Source: Kudoa neothunni (taxonomy: Eukaryota; Animalia; Cnidaria). Taken from it: 64,000 nucleotides of DNA. Both the position numbers and the translations under genes were made by a program. How positions within the stretch are numbered: the stretch's first letter is position 1; each line of letters starts with the position of its first letter. The notes under the pieces were generated by a model. That model was not told the DNA's origin, did no database searches, and was given only the letters and a program-made list of their open reading frames with translations. This document shows, piece by piece, positions 1 through 14,446 of the stretch. Location: positions 3,485,631 to 3,549,630 of the forward strand of contig OZ199840.1 in the NCBI GenBank assembly GCA_964304625.1. Direction: 5' to 3'.

Positions 1-109
1 GAATATGGCGCACATTGAAGTCAATATCGCTTAGTTTTAAGTGACAATCGACATCATAAAACATACACAAAGCAATAATTAATTATATAATAATTAATAA
101 TAATAATAT

Positions 110-530
110 TCGACGTGTCCTTCACCCGAATAGAATCAGAATGGGTTGAGACTTATTCTTGCCTCATTTAGAATCGTATGACCCTTTTTTGGTTAATCCT
201 AATATAATATTGATCAATTTTGTATTCATATTATTTGTTATCCGTTTATTAACCATGTCTACACGAAAGTCTTTCCTAATGAAAGTTGGATTATCATGAG
301 TTTCAATTGACGCTATTTTTGAAGGAATGCAGGACTAAAGGGATTAATTTGTAAGGTGCATCGATAAATTAAGTTAGATCTGATCGAATACATTTTAATT
401 TTGGTGAGAAACAAAGTATATATTAATTTATTTCAAATTTCAATGCTATAAATAGTTTAATTTAAAAAAATCAATATCTTTTCAAGAAAAAGTGGGCCGC
501 AATAGAAAAAATAGTTTGGAAACACGTGTT
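110..530. mobile_element. Degenerate hAT-type non-autonomous element (3' part), dispersed repeat
   Basis: Colinear similarity to ~16610-17075, e.g. TTTTCAAGAAAAAGTGGGCCGCAAT..TTTGGAAACAC vs TTTTCAAGAAAGAGTGGGACGCGAT..TTGGGAACGC, and shared ATCGATAAATTAAGTTA; the end resembles Charlie/Buster termini. Boundaries approximate. Confidence 0.55.
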
Positions 531-533
531 TAA

Positions 534-602
534 CCGAAAATTCAGTATCCGAAAAGAAAATGCTAGATCCCGACATTTTCGGATAAACGGGGCTCGACTG
601 TA
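534..602. mobile_element. Solo terminus of a pogo/Tigger-like element
   Basis: ...TTCGGATAAACGGGGCTCGACTG-TA, the reverse complement of a CAGTCGAGCCCCGTTTATCCG-type TIR followed by TA; partner end not found in the window. Confidence 0.4.
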
Positions 603-1330
603 TTTAAAAGGAAGAGGCTATTGTGATGGATCATAATATCCATGTAAAGATAGTTAATTAATTTTGGCCCATCACTACTGCGCCTTGATGTTATAAATAA
701 TTAAATACAATCGATTCTTAAAAGGACACTCCACACATCAACTATAAATGAGAGTTGTTTAGATTGAAATATGCTGATGCGCACGCACAAATGCTATTAA
801 GATAAAAATATCTATTGCAATAACCTCTGCCTTTCAAAAATTGAAATATACCTCGCCTAATTTAATATGATATTTTTAGTTAGCGACATAAAATGTAGAT
901 TCTGTGTGAAATTGGTAAAAAAATAATTCCTCGATCACACGTAATTTTCGTGAGCTTAACATAAACTGTAATAAAGTATATCTGCTTCGTGAACGTCGCT
1001 TTTACTAAAAATCCCCAAAATAATCCCTTTATTGTGTTATAAATTATAACATTTCACAAGTAAAATACGGATGTTTATCGTAAACAAACCCCTAGAATTA
1101 TATAGTCACGTGAGCAGGTTATCTTGATTTGTCGTTTCCTGAAGCCAGTTCAGCAATTTGACGACTTTAACAGCGTTTAAATTGTCCACTTGATTTAGTT
1201 CTATTGTGGATTAGTATATATCTGAATAAATTCGTATTCTTTTGAATAGTCTAATAATATATTGTTAGTTCATTAAAGTTAAATCGGAGATCTATCGAAT
1301 ATTACTGTAATAGGGACTGAAATTTGAAAA

Positions 1331-4300
1331 ATGGCTACCTCAAAAATATTGGAGCAACTAAGAAAGCTGATGAGTGATCCCAAATATTGCCCTGTTAATC
1401 TCAGTGCATACATTGTCCCTTCATCGGACGCTCATAATGTACATTTAATTTGTCGATTATTATTATTAGCAATTATTATTATTATTTTAGAGTGAATATA
1501 CGGCCGATTTTGATAAACGAAGAGAATATTTGAGCAAATTCACCGGCTCCGCAGGTATACAGTAAAATGCGATGTGGAGTTAGTTAGATGTGTACTTCCT
1601 AAAGGCACATGTGTGGTGACAAGTGATAAAGCTCTTTTATGGACGGATGGGAGATATTTTCTTCAAGCGTCCAAAGAATTAGATGAAAATTGGACTCTAA
1701 TGAAATCATGTGATTTTTTGATTGTAGCATTAATGGCACACATGTTGAAATGCTATGTATTAGATTAATAACTAAAATATTTAAATGAATTATAATAAGC
1801 TAGTTGCAAAAATGTCTCAATTAACCCTCGAATACCTGGCAAAAAAGTTACGCGAATGCTTGAAGGGGACAGCTGTGGTCCTATGCAATTTAATTGTAAC
1901 ATAATTATATTTGAAACTATATGACTATAAAGATAAATAAAACAATAGAACAGCTTGGTTTTAAGTTAAAAAAAGAGAAAAAAATTAATTTAAACCATTA
2001 AAATCAAATTTTTTAGGCGCTCGCATTAAAAAAATAAATAATTTGCAAATATAAACTCACACAAAATCGATATCGTATAAAAGAAACAAATTAACATTAG
2101 TTCATATAATTTTTGTATTTAAAATAAATTTATAACTTTCAAAATTGTTATTTTATGATTGTAATTAGCGGTTTAATTTAGATGGCGTTTTGATTTATTA
2201 GCAAAAAACCATTATAATAAAGATATAATCAATAAATTATTTTTTTTATAACTAAAAATGATAATTTGACATAAAAAATACAAAACAATTTAATATTTTA
2301 CAACATCAAACTGAATTACATGCCCGATCTATCTATACCATCTCATTATAATGACATTAATTCTAATCGTTTTGTCTAAAATCTAAATAGGTAAATTACA
2401 CAAATATGATATATTTTGTAGATATAATCAAATTTAATAAAAAATTTAAATGCGTATAAAAATATGGCGAAATAAAGTAGATAAATAATACAATATATTT
2501 TATTTTTTGTTACACAACTCGCATTCTATATTTTCGATTCGGTGATTTTTGCAGACAAATTTGTTGCAATTTGAGCAAATTCTCCTGCTTTTTTCTTGTT
2601 TGTTGAGCAAATATGGCATGTACCTCTTCCAGAAGGAGGTTCCTTCCTTTTTATTGTGATGGCTTCAAAGTTGATGTCATCGTTTCCTAGCAATTCTTCA
2701 GCTAACATTTTTAAAAACGCTCTTCGGGATTGTTTTTTATGGGTATTTTTGAATTGCTGGTTTCGATAAACGTACGAAAAATACGCATTATGGGCGATTA
2801 TATCGATGATGTTAAAGAAAATCGCCAACGACGAGTGGCTCTTTTGGTGGAATAGCAGCGGAAAATTTGGTCAAGCGTATCAACCCCTCCTTTGGTTTGG
2901 TTGTAATAATTTATGATCTCTGGTTTTTTCGACTCAGGATCAATATCACAATCTCGATGTGTGGAGCTTATAAGTACCACAGATCTATTTTTCTTGGGAT
3001 TGTATTTTACCAACGTAACTTTATCCTGGAATAAAAATCTCACATCGTTTGGTATTCCCTTTGATGATTGAAATTCAGAGATGAGAAATTTTTTATTTTT
3101 ACGGACAGTCCCTACAATTGTTGTTTTATGAGACATTAAGTATCTCGCAACTGACAATGTGGTAAAAAAATTGTCCGTGGTAACATTACGACCTTTTCTT
3201 AAATAAGGTGTAACTAAATCCTTTTCCAATATATATCTTTGCATTGCATACATATGCGTTTGTTGCATAACACAGCGCCCATATTTTTATCCCATACTTT
3301 CCAGGCTTAGAAGGAATGAACATTTTGAAGGGGCGACGGCCTCTGAATGTGACAAGCTGTTCATCCACACAGTCAGTTGGGAAGATGGGTTGTAACTTTC
3401 TTTACACGTCTTTATATACTCATCAAATATATATCTGATGGAGCAAGTTTATCCTCTCTATCCCTGGTTCTTCACTTGTCGAATCTGAGACAAGTTGCAA
3501 AATCTTCAAAGCGATTTCTTGTAATTTTTGCAATTAGTGATTGAAGACCATATTTTTCAGTCCAAAATTCTCGGATGTTTTCATTTTCGCCGTTCATCAC
3601 GCCAATTAATAAGATAGCTCCCGAAAAAAACTTTCAACTCGGCCATATTTATCTTTTTGATATTTGTTTTTTCTTGTTCAATAAATTTGTTGGTACAATA
3701 TTGGTCCTCTTCCAACATTTTATTGGTCAAAAAATTATTAAAAGCCCTCATAGGAGTATGGCCATTCCAGAAAGCTTTATTTGTGAATGCCGCTTTTACA
3801 TTATAAATATTTTCCATTGTAGGCCTTCTTTCAACCCTAGTTGGAGTTTTATACCATTTTTCTCCATCTTTGGAGACAACAAAGGGAGCATGGGTCATAT
3901 CTTCAATGCTCGCATCATCATCATCATCATCGTCGTCGTCATTGTTGACTGGCTCATTAATTATTTCATCCAAGTCCTCCGAACTACTTTTAATGTATAA
4001 TGTATCGTCAGCACTTTCACGATCATCCTCAAAAAAAATTTGTTCTTCTCCAGAATTCATTTTTTAAGCAAATTCTCGTTGCACGTGCAAATTTCTAAAA
4101 TAAATTCGATTTATATTTTCGACTAAACATATAATCAGCCATAAATAGTTTTAGAATATTTTAAATTGCTTATGAAATACAATATTAAATTTAGAATGAT
4201 GTACTTATAGTACCAAATATTAATTTCGTTAACAATTACACGTGGATCGGAATGGTCCATCTCAGGTATTTACTTAACTTTTTTTGTTTACTTATTTACA

Positions 4301-7300
4301 CAAAAATTCTCAAAACTTACAGTTCTATTATTTTAAAATGTAATAAAACATAATTAAAGCATAAAATAGGAATACATTTAAAAAGTTTAAAAAAATGTAT
4401 GCAAAAAGATATTAAAAATTTTATCTCTCGTGGTCCAACCTAGGTATTCGAGGGTTAAGCAACAATAGAGTTCATCATATTAGATAAATTTCTATTCAGA
4501 GAAGAATAACTTATTTTATTAGAATAAAGCTTATAATAACGGAATTCATGATATTCTGTGGCGCTCTAGAGTAATTTGCTGGTATTTCAAATTGATTCAA
4601 TTGAATCATAATGTTGAATAATTGCAATTTTTTACCAAAATCTCTTTCATCTCTCACAATGCCGAACGCTCGGATGTGTAATTTAGTGGATTAATCGAAT
4701 TAAAATTAGAAGTAACCACTGCCAAATCCAATAGTAAGGCCTTGAATTTTACAAGAAATACATTTTTTAAAGGTTATTCCATATTTTTGAGTATAACGTT
4801 AGACCTAAAGACTGTATACATCGAAAAGTTTACGATGTTGGTCACAACGATTTGAAAAAATGCTAACTAACCTATATCGAGACCCGAGACCTTACTGTGT
4901 ATCTAATAATTTTGGTTAATATTTAAAATAGACCTTGTCTTTATAATTTAAATATATTGAATCTCTTTAAGTGAGGTTCATGTAATATTTTTTGAATATG
5001 ATGAAAATTGTTTTCAACTCTGAATATTTAATTCAATACAAATATTAGAAAAAAAATATTCGCTCTGACTTTCAAGTTTGAGACGGTATAAATTATGTAA
5101 TTACAGCAGGCTGTTTGAATAAGGCCTAACCCCTTTTTAAATTGAGCCTAAATTATCCCAACAATAAATACTCATTATTACCGTATAACTAACTTTAATC
5201 CTTCAGAAATTAATTAAATTTAGTTAATCATTTCATTATTATAAGTCAAAAGTCTTGTAATAGTTATTATTATAATATTATTACAGAATTATCGCTATTA
5301 TAGAAACTAATTGTTTGTTTAGTCACCGCTAATGTACCCACTATTGAAGAATGGCTTGCGAATAATCTGCCTGATGGTTGTGTTGTGGGAACGGATCCCT
5401 TACTAGTTTCATATAGTAATTATCTATAAGAATCAATAGCGAATTATGTTTTTTATCTCGTTCTTTAAGAACAATGGCAAAGAATATCTGATTCACTTTC
5501 ACAGAGTAATAAGAAATTAGTTGCTGTCGAACAGAACCTGGTGGATATTATTTGGAAACGTGATGGCAAGAAAGATATGCCATTTTCGGAAATTTTTATT
5601 CACCCTATGAAATATTGCGGTTAGTTGTTAAAACGTGATGGGTTGAATTCACACCACATCCCCTATCTTTAGGGATGTCATGGGAAGATAAAATAAAACA
5701 GATACAGGAAAAAATGGTACAGAAAAAGGCTGACTATCTTCTCCTCTCCAGTCTCGACAGTATTAGCTGTATGCCGAAATTTCAGTTGAAACTGTGTTTC
5801 TGAGATCAATACAAAAAATAGGGTTGTTCAATCTTAGAGGCAGTGATGTTTTAAATAATCCAGTTTTCAAAGCATATGCCATTATATCTGCTATTAACAA
5901 TGATATTGAGTGAGTTAGATTTGATTTTGACACAGGTATTGATTTGAGGGTTGTTAGTTTGTTTTTGCATGTCGAAAATGTCCCAGATGATGTAGTTCGC
6001 CATCTGACCACCACAGATTCATCGTTAAGAGTTAATATCAGAAAATATGACACTATTAAATCTGCTGTCAAGTCGTTGTCTAACGCCAACCACAAAATAT
6101 GGGTATCTAAATCCGCCAAAAAAGGATGGATTATGTTGGTTGATGCTTTTCACATTTTTAGATTAATAATGAATGCCCAGCTGCATTTTCACTGGATTTC
6201 CACAAACAAAATCTAATGGTGATGCAATGTCATGTCTGTGTGATGAAATCTCTCAAAAATGAGGTCGAACAACAAGGAATCCGACAGGCCAGTGTATAAG
6301 TTAATTACGTTTTGTGCGGTGATAAAATACTCTCCCTAAAAAATAGATTAGAGATTCGGCTGCCTTGTGCCAATATTTTGGATTTCTTGAAGATGAGGTT
6401 TGAAATAGATTTCAGTTATTTCTAATTAAGCTGTCTAATTTTTAAGATCCATAAGCGTACACTGAATGAGGTTACTGCGGCTCAACAACTGAGAAAATTC
6501 CGAGAGTGATTCAATGTTGAGCGGGATTAAAATATGTTTCCCGCATTTAGACAAATGGATTTGTTTGTTGATCTCAGCTTCCCTACAATTTCATCGTCTG
6601 GACCCAACTGTGCTATTATGCATTATTGGTGAGAATTTTTTTTTGATTATTAATTTAAGTTATCTCTTAGCGCCGAAAATGTTCCCCAACCTGCCATACT
6701 AGATCCTAATAGTATCTATTTGTGCGACTCTGGTGGTCAGTATTGGTATGTGTGAATTGTGGATTGACCCTAATAATAATTTTTTTAATATTATTATTAA
6801 CATTATTATTATTGATTAGGGATGGCACCACTGATATCACAAGAACCCTTCACTACGGAAAACCATCCGAAAAAGAGATTGTATGCCATTTCAACTTTTT
6901 AATCATCATCACCATTTTACACTTACACATGCTGATCTGAATAATAGCTCGCATTCACATTGGTGCTCAAAGGTCATATCAATCTAGCCAAATTTATATT
7001 TCCTGAAGACACGCCCGGTCATTCGTTGGATGCTGTTGCAAGACAACCACTTTGGTCTATTGGTCTTGATTACAATCATGGGACAGGGCATGGTATTGGA
7101 TGTTTCCTCAATGTTCACGAAGGTCCTCAATGCATTTCACTTCGAGCCACTGAGGATCACGGACTAAAAGAAGGAATGCTTCTTTCAAACGGTAATAATT
7201 ATTGTTTATTTCTAATGTTACATAACGTGGACTTTTTCTGAAGAACCCGGTTATTATGAAGATGGTCACTTTGGTATTCGAATAGAAAATATGATGTTTG

Positions 7301-7656
7301 TCAAAGAAAAGAAAGATATGCCGGTTAGTGGATTATTTTGGAGTTTTCTAATTGTTTCATTCAAAAGAACAATTTCAATGGGAAAAAATACATGACGTTC
7401 GAAACTGTCTCACTGGTAACCATAATTATTTGGATATTTGTCATAATTGGTAATGTTGATCAATTCGAAATTCGTTGATTAGGTGCCGATTCAAAGGTCT
7501 ATGATTGATCCTACGCTTCTTAGTAAAGAAGAAATCGAATGGCTTAATACATATCATCAAGAATGTCTTGAAAAGGTGGGTCCTCTTCTTGAAAAGATGA
7601 ATATGGTCCAAGGCTTGAAATGGCTTCAGAAAAACACTCAACCTTTATCCTTCTAA
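1331..7656 (+). CDS. XPNPEP1: Xaa-Pro aminopeptidase 1 (cytosolic aminopeptidase P, M24B), multi-exon
   Basis: Spliced by eye: [25 protein letters not shown]|[29 protein letters not shown]; WLFNLRGSD; [11 protein letters not shown]; DSGGQY|DGTTDITRT; [14 protein letters not shown]; [18 protein letters not shown]; stop TAA 7654-7656. Most introns are ~40-70 nt; intron 3 (1710-5322) is expanded by insertions. Confidence 0.95.
1825..4454 (-). mobile_element. piggyBac transposon with intact ends, inserted in XPNPEP1 intron 3
   Basis: TTAA at 1821-1824 and 4455-4458; perfect 13-bp TIR CCCTCGAATACCT / AGGTATTCGAGGG; internal transposase remnants. Confidence 0.95.
2526..4060 (-). pseudogene. Frameshifted piggyBac (PGBD4-like) transposase
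   Basis: Acidic N-terminus; [50 protein letters not shown] and a C-terminal CxxC, spread over at least four reading-frame segments. Confidence 0.92.
4600..4865. repeat. Dispersed repeat copy 1 (also at ~54060-54315), probable transposon fragment
   Basis: CAATTTTTTACCAAAATCTCTTTCATC..ATGTGTAATTTAGTGGATTAATCG closely matches 54082-54153 and similarity continues to CATCGAAAA. Confidence 0.75.
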
Positions 7657-10019
7657 TATGATTAGTTTATTTTGTCTCTCACTAAATAATTTTTCCGAAT
7701 AACTAGATATATAATCTTTTCTGTGAGAGATTTGAAAATATTTGTTCTTTTAATACGTATATTGAAATCAACTTCCGTATGCAGTTATAATTTATGAATT
7801 ATAACTTATAAATTTGAGCGATTTTTTAAATAGATTAAAAAACTATCATATATGTTTTTAAACTCTTTCTAAAACACAAAACTTGTCACTATGTTGAACA
7901 ATTGTATCATATGTTTTTTATGCTCTCTACAACGTAAAAATTGGCAAACTGAGGAAGAGCCATCATATTTTGAACAACTAGTATAAGAATAATGAGAGAA
8001 TAAGGAGCTGTCGCTGTCGCTGTATTCGGGAGAGGGTAACTTGTTTAATCGCATTTGCGCATGCGGACTGATATCGCGTGTATGGTGTTTCGTTATTTAT
8101 TCATTATTAACTCGATAGAATTTCCGTAAATTCTTAGAAATGACACTTATCAATATTTTAAATTATTTTATTTGGTAGGTGGTTTTATGTTAATCTTTTT
8201 GGTATATGGCAAAAAAAATTTCAAGTTATTTTTCTGAAAGGTTTTATAAAGATAAAAGATTACAAAAGCTGGGAGAAATTATGTTCCATTAATACGCTAT
8301 AATATTGTTGGCAAAATTCACTTGGGTAGAAATCAACCCCATTTTACTTAGAAGGTTAATGTAAGAAAACTCCATTGAACCCCAAACATGTAATATGAGG
8401 TCAATATGGCAAATGTCTGTTGAGAGAAAATTATATGCGTTTCAACACAGATCAATCGTGTATAGGCCAATCAAATTTAATATAACTTGTAAATTCTAAG
8501 GTAGCATATGAAAAAACAATAATTATTGTTACTGATATTTATGGAAAAATGTTTCATCTATCAAATCGCTTAAAATAACTCTTATTGCTATATCTAATCT
8601 TCGAATTTTATGGTCCATTATTGTTGAGTAATAATAATAATAATCTCTCGTTATCTCCCAATTTATTACTCGATTAAAATATATTTTTATTTAGAATATG
8701 TATAGAAGCTTTTTTTAATTTTGAAAGAAACTATGTTTTATATTAGTAAAATCAGATTATGATGATTGGAAAGGTATTAGCAGTTTAACTCAGTTTTGTT
8801 ATATTTATTAGAAATATAATAATTTAATCTCTGTGTTGCGTTAGTTATTAAAATCGATGCATCATTTATCGATTTATTTGAAAAATAGTAATGGTTTCGA
8901 TATATAAACTAATTTGAATACTGTTGTAACTGGATTAAAAATTATTTTGGTTAATAAAATGTACATACTTATTTATTGTCTAAATATTAGAAAAAAAATT
9001 AATCCTATTAATTATATTTTCAACATATTAATATTATATTGCTATTAAATTGAAATATAACAAAATAAGTTACCTAAATCCATATAGTACACCTACAGTT
9101 TGTGAAAGAGTGAAATATAATGAAATATCCCCGGAACTAGAATTTATAGAGTATAAAAACAATTGGATGACTAAAAATCTTTAAAAGCCTTAGGAATATT
9201 AGATCATAATTGTGTTTTTAATTTTAAAGATATAATTAAGATCAATATTTGATGAATAAATTCCTTTTATTATTTATCCTTCATTTCAATAGAAAAGGCC
9301 AGCATGTATAACTATACAAAATATTTGTAGTAGATCCGTATAAAAAGTAGGCTCACTTGTAACTTTGACCTTTTTTAAATGGAGACTTAATTTTTTTAAG
9401 GTGGGAATATAAATTGACTTAATCAGCTGCGATTATGATTAAGAAGACAGAAAATCCGAACTATATATTTGAATTCAGCGTTATATCATCTTATATTTTT
9501 ATATACTATAAAATTGTACAAATATTTAAGCGAATCACAGTCGCGATAATACATGATATTGTTATTTTAAATAGTTTGAATGAAAACAATCGTGAAATAA
9601 CTCTATAATGTAGTTTCGAATATAGATAAATTAGGAGGATGTTTTCGTACTGAGAAAGTTATGTACCTAGGTTGACACGATTCTTACAAAATTACATCGT
9701 AACGTTATTCTTAAATATACCAGATAGATAAAACAACAAATGCAGGTGGTTTAAAATGAATTCAGCACCAATTATGCGTATTATTTTTAGGACCATCGTT
9801 AATTAAAACTGCGATGACTCCTCGTTCGAAAAAATTAAATGCATAATACGAGATATAGTTACTTTTGGGAGACAATAATTTTTGATTAAAAAATCTATTC
9901 AATAAATTCTAAGCAGGTGTCAAAATATAATTGGTTTGAGATAATAATGAAATTAAGTTATTTTATTGCAAAAAATTCAGAATATTCGATTTTTTATGGT
10001 TTTGACTTTTATATCAACT

Positions 10020-10688
10020 TCATCTGGAATTTTGGGAATGTGCATTGTTGCTTTGACCTTGAATGTAGGATGGAGGGTCCAACTGTTGGGCGAGGTAATC
10101 GTCGTAGATCGGTGGCATTGCATAAGGCGCTAGTTCAGCGGTCAAACCACCATAAACGTTTGCAAGGGCATCTCTTAACGCTAAAATCAGTTAAATACTA
10201 ATTAAATCAATAGATTATTACAAATGTGACTGGTTCTTTGATTGAATCTCCTAGGAGGAAGGGTAATAAAACGTCTGCTGTAACGCCTTAATGCTAGATA
10301 CACCACCAAACAAACCAAAAATATTATAAGCATAATTGTCGTTGCGTAGAAAAATTTATCACCGCTAACTAAAATTTAAAAATTTTTTGTTTAGTTAAAA
10401 ATCTCACTAATTAAAAACAAGGTACTCGATTGACAGCTGTTGCAACATTCCAAAAGGCGAACATTTTCATGACAGTTTTTGAAATTACATCCAAGACGAA
10501 TACAGTCTCGAATGATATTAGCGCTATTCTCATAACATACACACACTAAACAAGGATCTTCTTTGTATGGAAGGTAATACTCACCGAATTTGATTAACGA
10601 ACCTACTGAATCTAGGCATCCTATTAGGGAAGATGAACTTTTATGGTACATGACTACAGACTACAGAGGGGAAGAGAATACCTTGCAT
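10020..10688 (-). CDS. DGCR2/IDD-like single-pass membrane protein: 10-Cys VWC domain, TM, two PPxY motifs (array member 1)
   Basis: Exons 10620-10426 (GCLDSVGSLIKFGEYYLPYKEDPCLVCVC..C..C..C..CCNSC), 10368-~10231 (TM TTIMLIIFLVCLVVYLAL then RRYSRR), 10180-10020 (..MPPIYDDYLAQQLDPPSY..stop). First exon/signal peptide unresolved. Confidence 0.75.
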
Positions 10689-10873
10689 GATACGTCTTTT
10701 CAATCCTTACTATAATTTCAATTGGTTTATTTAAATATAAACCTCGTAACGAGCTTTATATTTAGTCAGATTAATGACTGAACTAAACAAAACCTAGTTT
10801 TAATTGAATTTTACAGTGTCATATAGCTTTCAAAACCAACTGAAACCCCTCAGGTACTAGGATAATGTGGATC

Positions 10874-12133
10874 CAGTGGGTGGCAGGTAATACGTACTTT
10901 TGCTTTCTCATATACAATTTACTACTTGTTGAACATATTACTTAAGTTGACGTTCATAAACTTAATTTGGTTGAGTTTTTATATCTAAAAAATAATTTTC
11001 CAACAAGAAATCAATAAAATCTTGTACTTCTAACGCATCGTTGTGTAATACGCATCTTTTTCCCTGAAATTGACTTCAAAATCACTTTCAGGTACTACTT
11101 GATTTGTATGTATGGTTGATATAAATCTTCATAATATGCTTATAATCAATAAAAAAGACGATGCAATAAAATATTTGAAGTTAATATAAAAAACTTAAAA
11201 CCACACCATTAAAAATTATGTTGTTATTTTCATATTAGTTTTAAGTAGTAACCTATCCGCGAAATTACAAATTATGGAATTATATGAAAATGGAACTATA
11301 AATATTAAACAACTAAACAAACGATGAATCCGACGAAAAATCTGCGAATTGATTACTTGAATAAGGTTAAATATTTCAGAGTTATTCCTCATTGAAAATT
11401 ATTTTTAAACGTAATGAGATTGTGAAGAAAATTATGTAAAATGTCTATGATGTTAGCTATGGTTGGTTTTAAGGTTTTAAAGAACAGTTTAATCTGCATA
11501 GGTTAAACTTCTATAGGGATCCGAGAATCGTTGGTGAATGTACGCCAAAAAATAACCCTAAAAATTTATAAACTCGAGATGAGGTTGAAATTTAACTAAG
11601 ACAAATCATGATTCAATTTTGTTGCAATTCTCTGTACAGGAAATATTAAAAGTAGCGAAAGAAGTCTTTTCGGTTGAACAGGGCGATTTTCAACCACTTA
11701 AAATATTATTAAAGTATCACTTTAAAAATATTACATATCGAAACAAAGACGATGAAAAAAATAATTAAATTTTACAGTTATCCAAGAGACATTAGTACAT
11801 CCTATTCAGAACCAGTCAATTAATAAATATCTAAATCACAAAACCATTTAGATGTCTCAAATGTCTCAAATAAGGGATTTAAAACAAAAAATGGTTCTAT
11901 TTATTTCTAAAAATAAAATTAAAACTTAGAAGATTTGCGTAACATATACATGGAGTACAAGAAACAAGTTAAATTAATAGATGCCCTTTAAAGTAAATTA
12001 TTACAATAATAATCAAAGAAAATTGAATGTTGAATGTACGCATGCGCATAAAATGCATATTACCCCTCTTTGCTAGTTAATTCGCATTTTTTCTCCGATT
12101 CAAAAGGGAATGCGTATTACCCGCCATCCACTG
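10874..12133 (+). mobile_element. pogo/Tigger-like element, internally deleted
   Basis: TIRs CAGTGGGTGGCAGGTAATACG / CGTATTACCCGCCATCCACTG-TA; remnants KLQIMELYENG and SYGWF*GFKEQFNL (CENP-B-type HTH). Confidence 0.8.
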
Positions 12134-13364
12134 TATAAAGAATAGAATTATGTAAATAATAATAATATTTGAAATTTAAACATTACAGATTAAATACTTA
12201 GACAAGTAAATAAAAACAAGTTCCTTTGAGAACTTAATTTGTATTGAACATTAAATTAATAAATTGATAAATAATTATTTTGATACACAACTAATAAAAT
12301 ATTGACGTAAAATAATGTAAAAATATACCTTATTTTGTGATGAATATTGTGATAAATATCGTGATAATTAGAAATCATTTCACACTTATCAGTATTTATA
12401 ATATAAAGAAATCGTGAATCTATTATCGTATCCATTTGTCTGCAGGTGTAAATATACATAATATGATCAACATATTGTGAGGATGGCCCCTTTTTCGCAT
12501 TTCTTAATTGTAGTTGTTGATATTCTTGTTAATATGGTATATTACTTTGATATTATATTTAAATAAAACAACAAAATGTTCTTTAAGACAATTAAAATTT
12601 TTTTTAGCAATTTTCGATTGCGCGCCAATTATCCAAAATTTTAATCCTATTGATTCATTAAAATAAATAGTCATAGCTTCAATATTGAGATTAAATAGAC
12701 ATTTCGTTACAAAAATTGAAATTATTTACTATTTAATTTCATTAAATCAATATTGAAGGGAAAACAACGATTATTTTTGGTAATAAAAAAGACAGAGTGT
12801 TAATCTGAAGATTTATCAAATTTATCTCATAACTTTATATAAATCCGTTGTTTATGGTTCTCAGGCATTGGGTCGCTTGACATCAACTTGGATGGGTATT
12901 AATAAAATGTTTAATAATTATATCAATTTCCCACAAATTTTAATGTAATGTGTCAATAATACTTTAAATATAATTATATTAATTTTTGTATATTTCCAAA
13001 CACATTTAATACCTAACATTAAGCCAATCTATATACTTTTTGAATATTTATGTATATTACTCAGATTATCATATAACTTGAAGAGTATACTCCGCTAACT
13101 TGGAAATATAAAAGGGTAATATTGAATTGGATATATTAAGTGCTAAATTTTAACAATTTATGATTTATGAATTATACATATTTATAATTTAAATTTGCAT
13201 CATTTGTAACCATAAGCTAAAGAAATAGAAACTATCAAATATTAAAATTCATCTTAGATTTTAAGCTAGATATAGTAACGTAGTAATTTTGATTTTTATT
13301 TAAAAAACAACGCTAGTTTAAAAAATATAGCACTAACGTAGAACCTAACATTGTCTAATATTAA

Positions 13365-14446
13365 CTCTTGGAACTCCGAATTTAATTCATTGATTGAAAA
13401 AATTTAAGTTGCTCATTCTGTTGAATTTCCAATAATTTTTTATAAAATATCGAAAAATTGGAGCAGTCATTCAAAAAATTAATGACATACACATGGTGCT
13501 AAATGGCAACATTGGAACGCGGCTTATTTCAATGTGTGGGGGTGCGGATATATTTGTTTTTAACCAAGAAATTACTCTTTCATCATCATCATCATCTGAA
13601 ATAAAATATTAAATTATTGATTACTATTTAAATAGTCCAAACAGCAGTTTCTGTTTTTATTGAGATACAAATGGATATTACACTTGATGCATATATGTTC
13701 AAATAATCAATCATTGAAGAACCGGTTGAGATAAATGAAACATTCAAATATAATATCCTCAGCTTGTTCAAAAATGTCAGTTGTTTCAATATCATTGTTT
13801 ATTTAAATTTTCGCGTTCATTGTCTAATTTAAACGATAGTTGTCTTACTCCCCATCACTAGAACAATATTCGGATACAAAACCACCATATTGACTATACA
13901 AAATGGAATCAGGTTCCATTCCAACAACTGATTTTGGCCCACCTGATAATAATATGATTTTTTAAAAGCCTGTTCTGTTTATTCCTCTCCCATTTTAATC
14001 ATAATCCATTCCGAAGAATATAAACACACTTAAATCTTAAATCGAGGGCCGAACGTTTCCCTGTGACGACGCTCGCTTTACTCGCTGGCCCTATGTTACC
14101 AAACGGCAACAAGGATTACTCTGTCCCTATAGTACACATATCAAAACATATTTTCTCCGTAGATCCATTTTTAGGATAAACTTATTTAATATTATATGTG
14201 TAAATTTTTTAATTTTATTGAAACCTCAAAATTCCAAGTTCAATTGCAGGATACTTTTAGCCTTAAAGTTTGATATTCATCTGTATTTCTCTTGATATAA
14301 AACATATAAATTTTTATAATTCATTTATATAAAATAAACTATATTGTTATAATAAAGATGGATTTATAAAATGTAATTTAATGGTTAAAACACTCACAAA
14401 ATTAAAATGTTGCCATTTGGCAGCGTTGGCGTTGGAGTTCAAAGGG
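13365..14446. mobile_element. Non-autonomous piggyBac-type element
   Basis: TTAA flanks (13361-13364, 14447-14450); imperfect TIR CTCTTGGAACTCC / GGAGTTCAAAGGG; inverted subterminal motif AAATGGCAACATT at 13501 and ~14407-14419. Confidence 0.75.

Noticed and set aside
3575-4067. Plus-strand ORFs including a poly-Ser ORF
   Set aside because: Antisense shadows of the piggyBac transposase; the (ATC)n run encodes poly-Asp on the minus strand.
7869-8054. 61-aa minus ORF (LPSPEY..) as a possible further array member
   Set aside because: No TM, no VWC Cys pattern, no true PPxY, no supporting splice structure.
8180-8600. Possible fifth piggyBac relic (NGVD-like and IDE-like fragments, minus strand)
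   Set aside because: Too decayed to support without alignment.
9917-10201. 94-aa plus-strand ORF
   Set aside because: Antisense to the last exon of array member 1.
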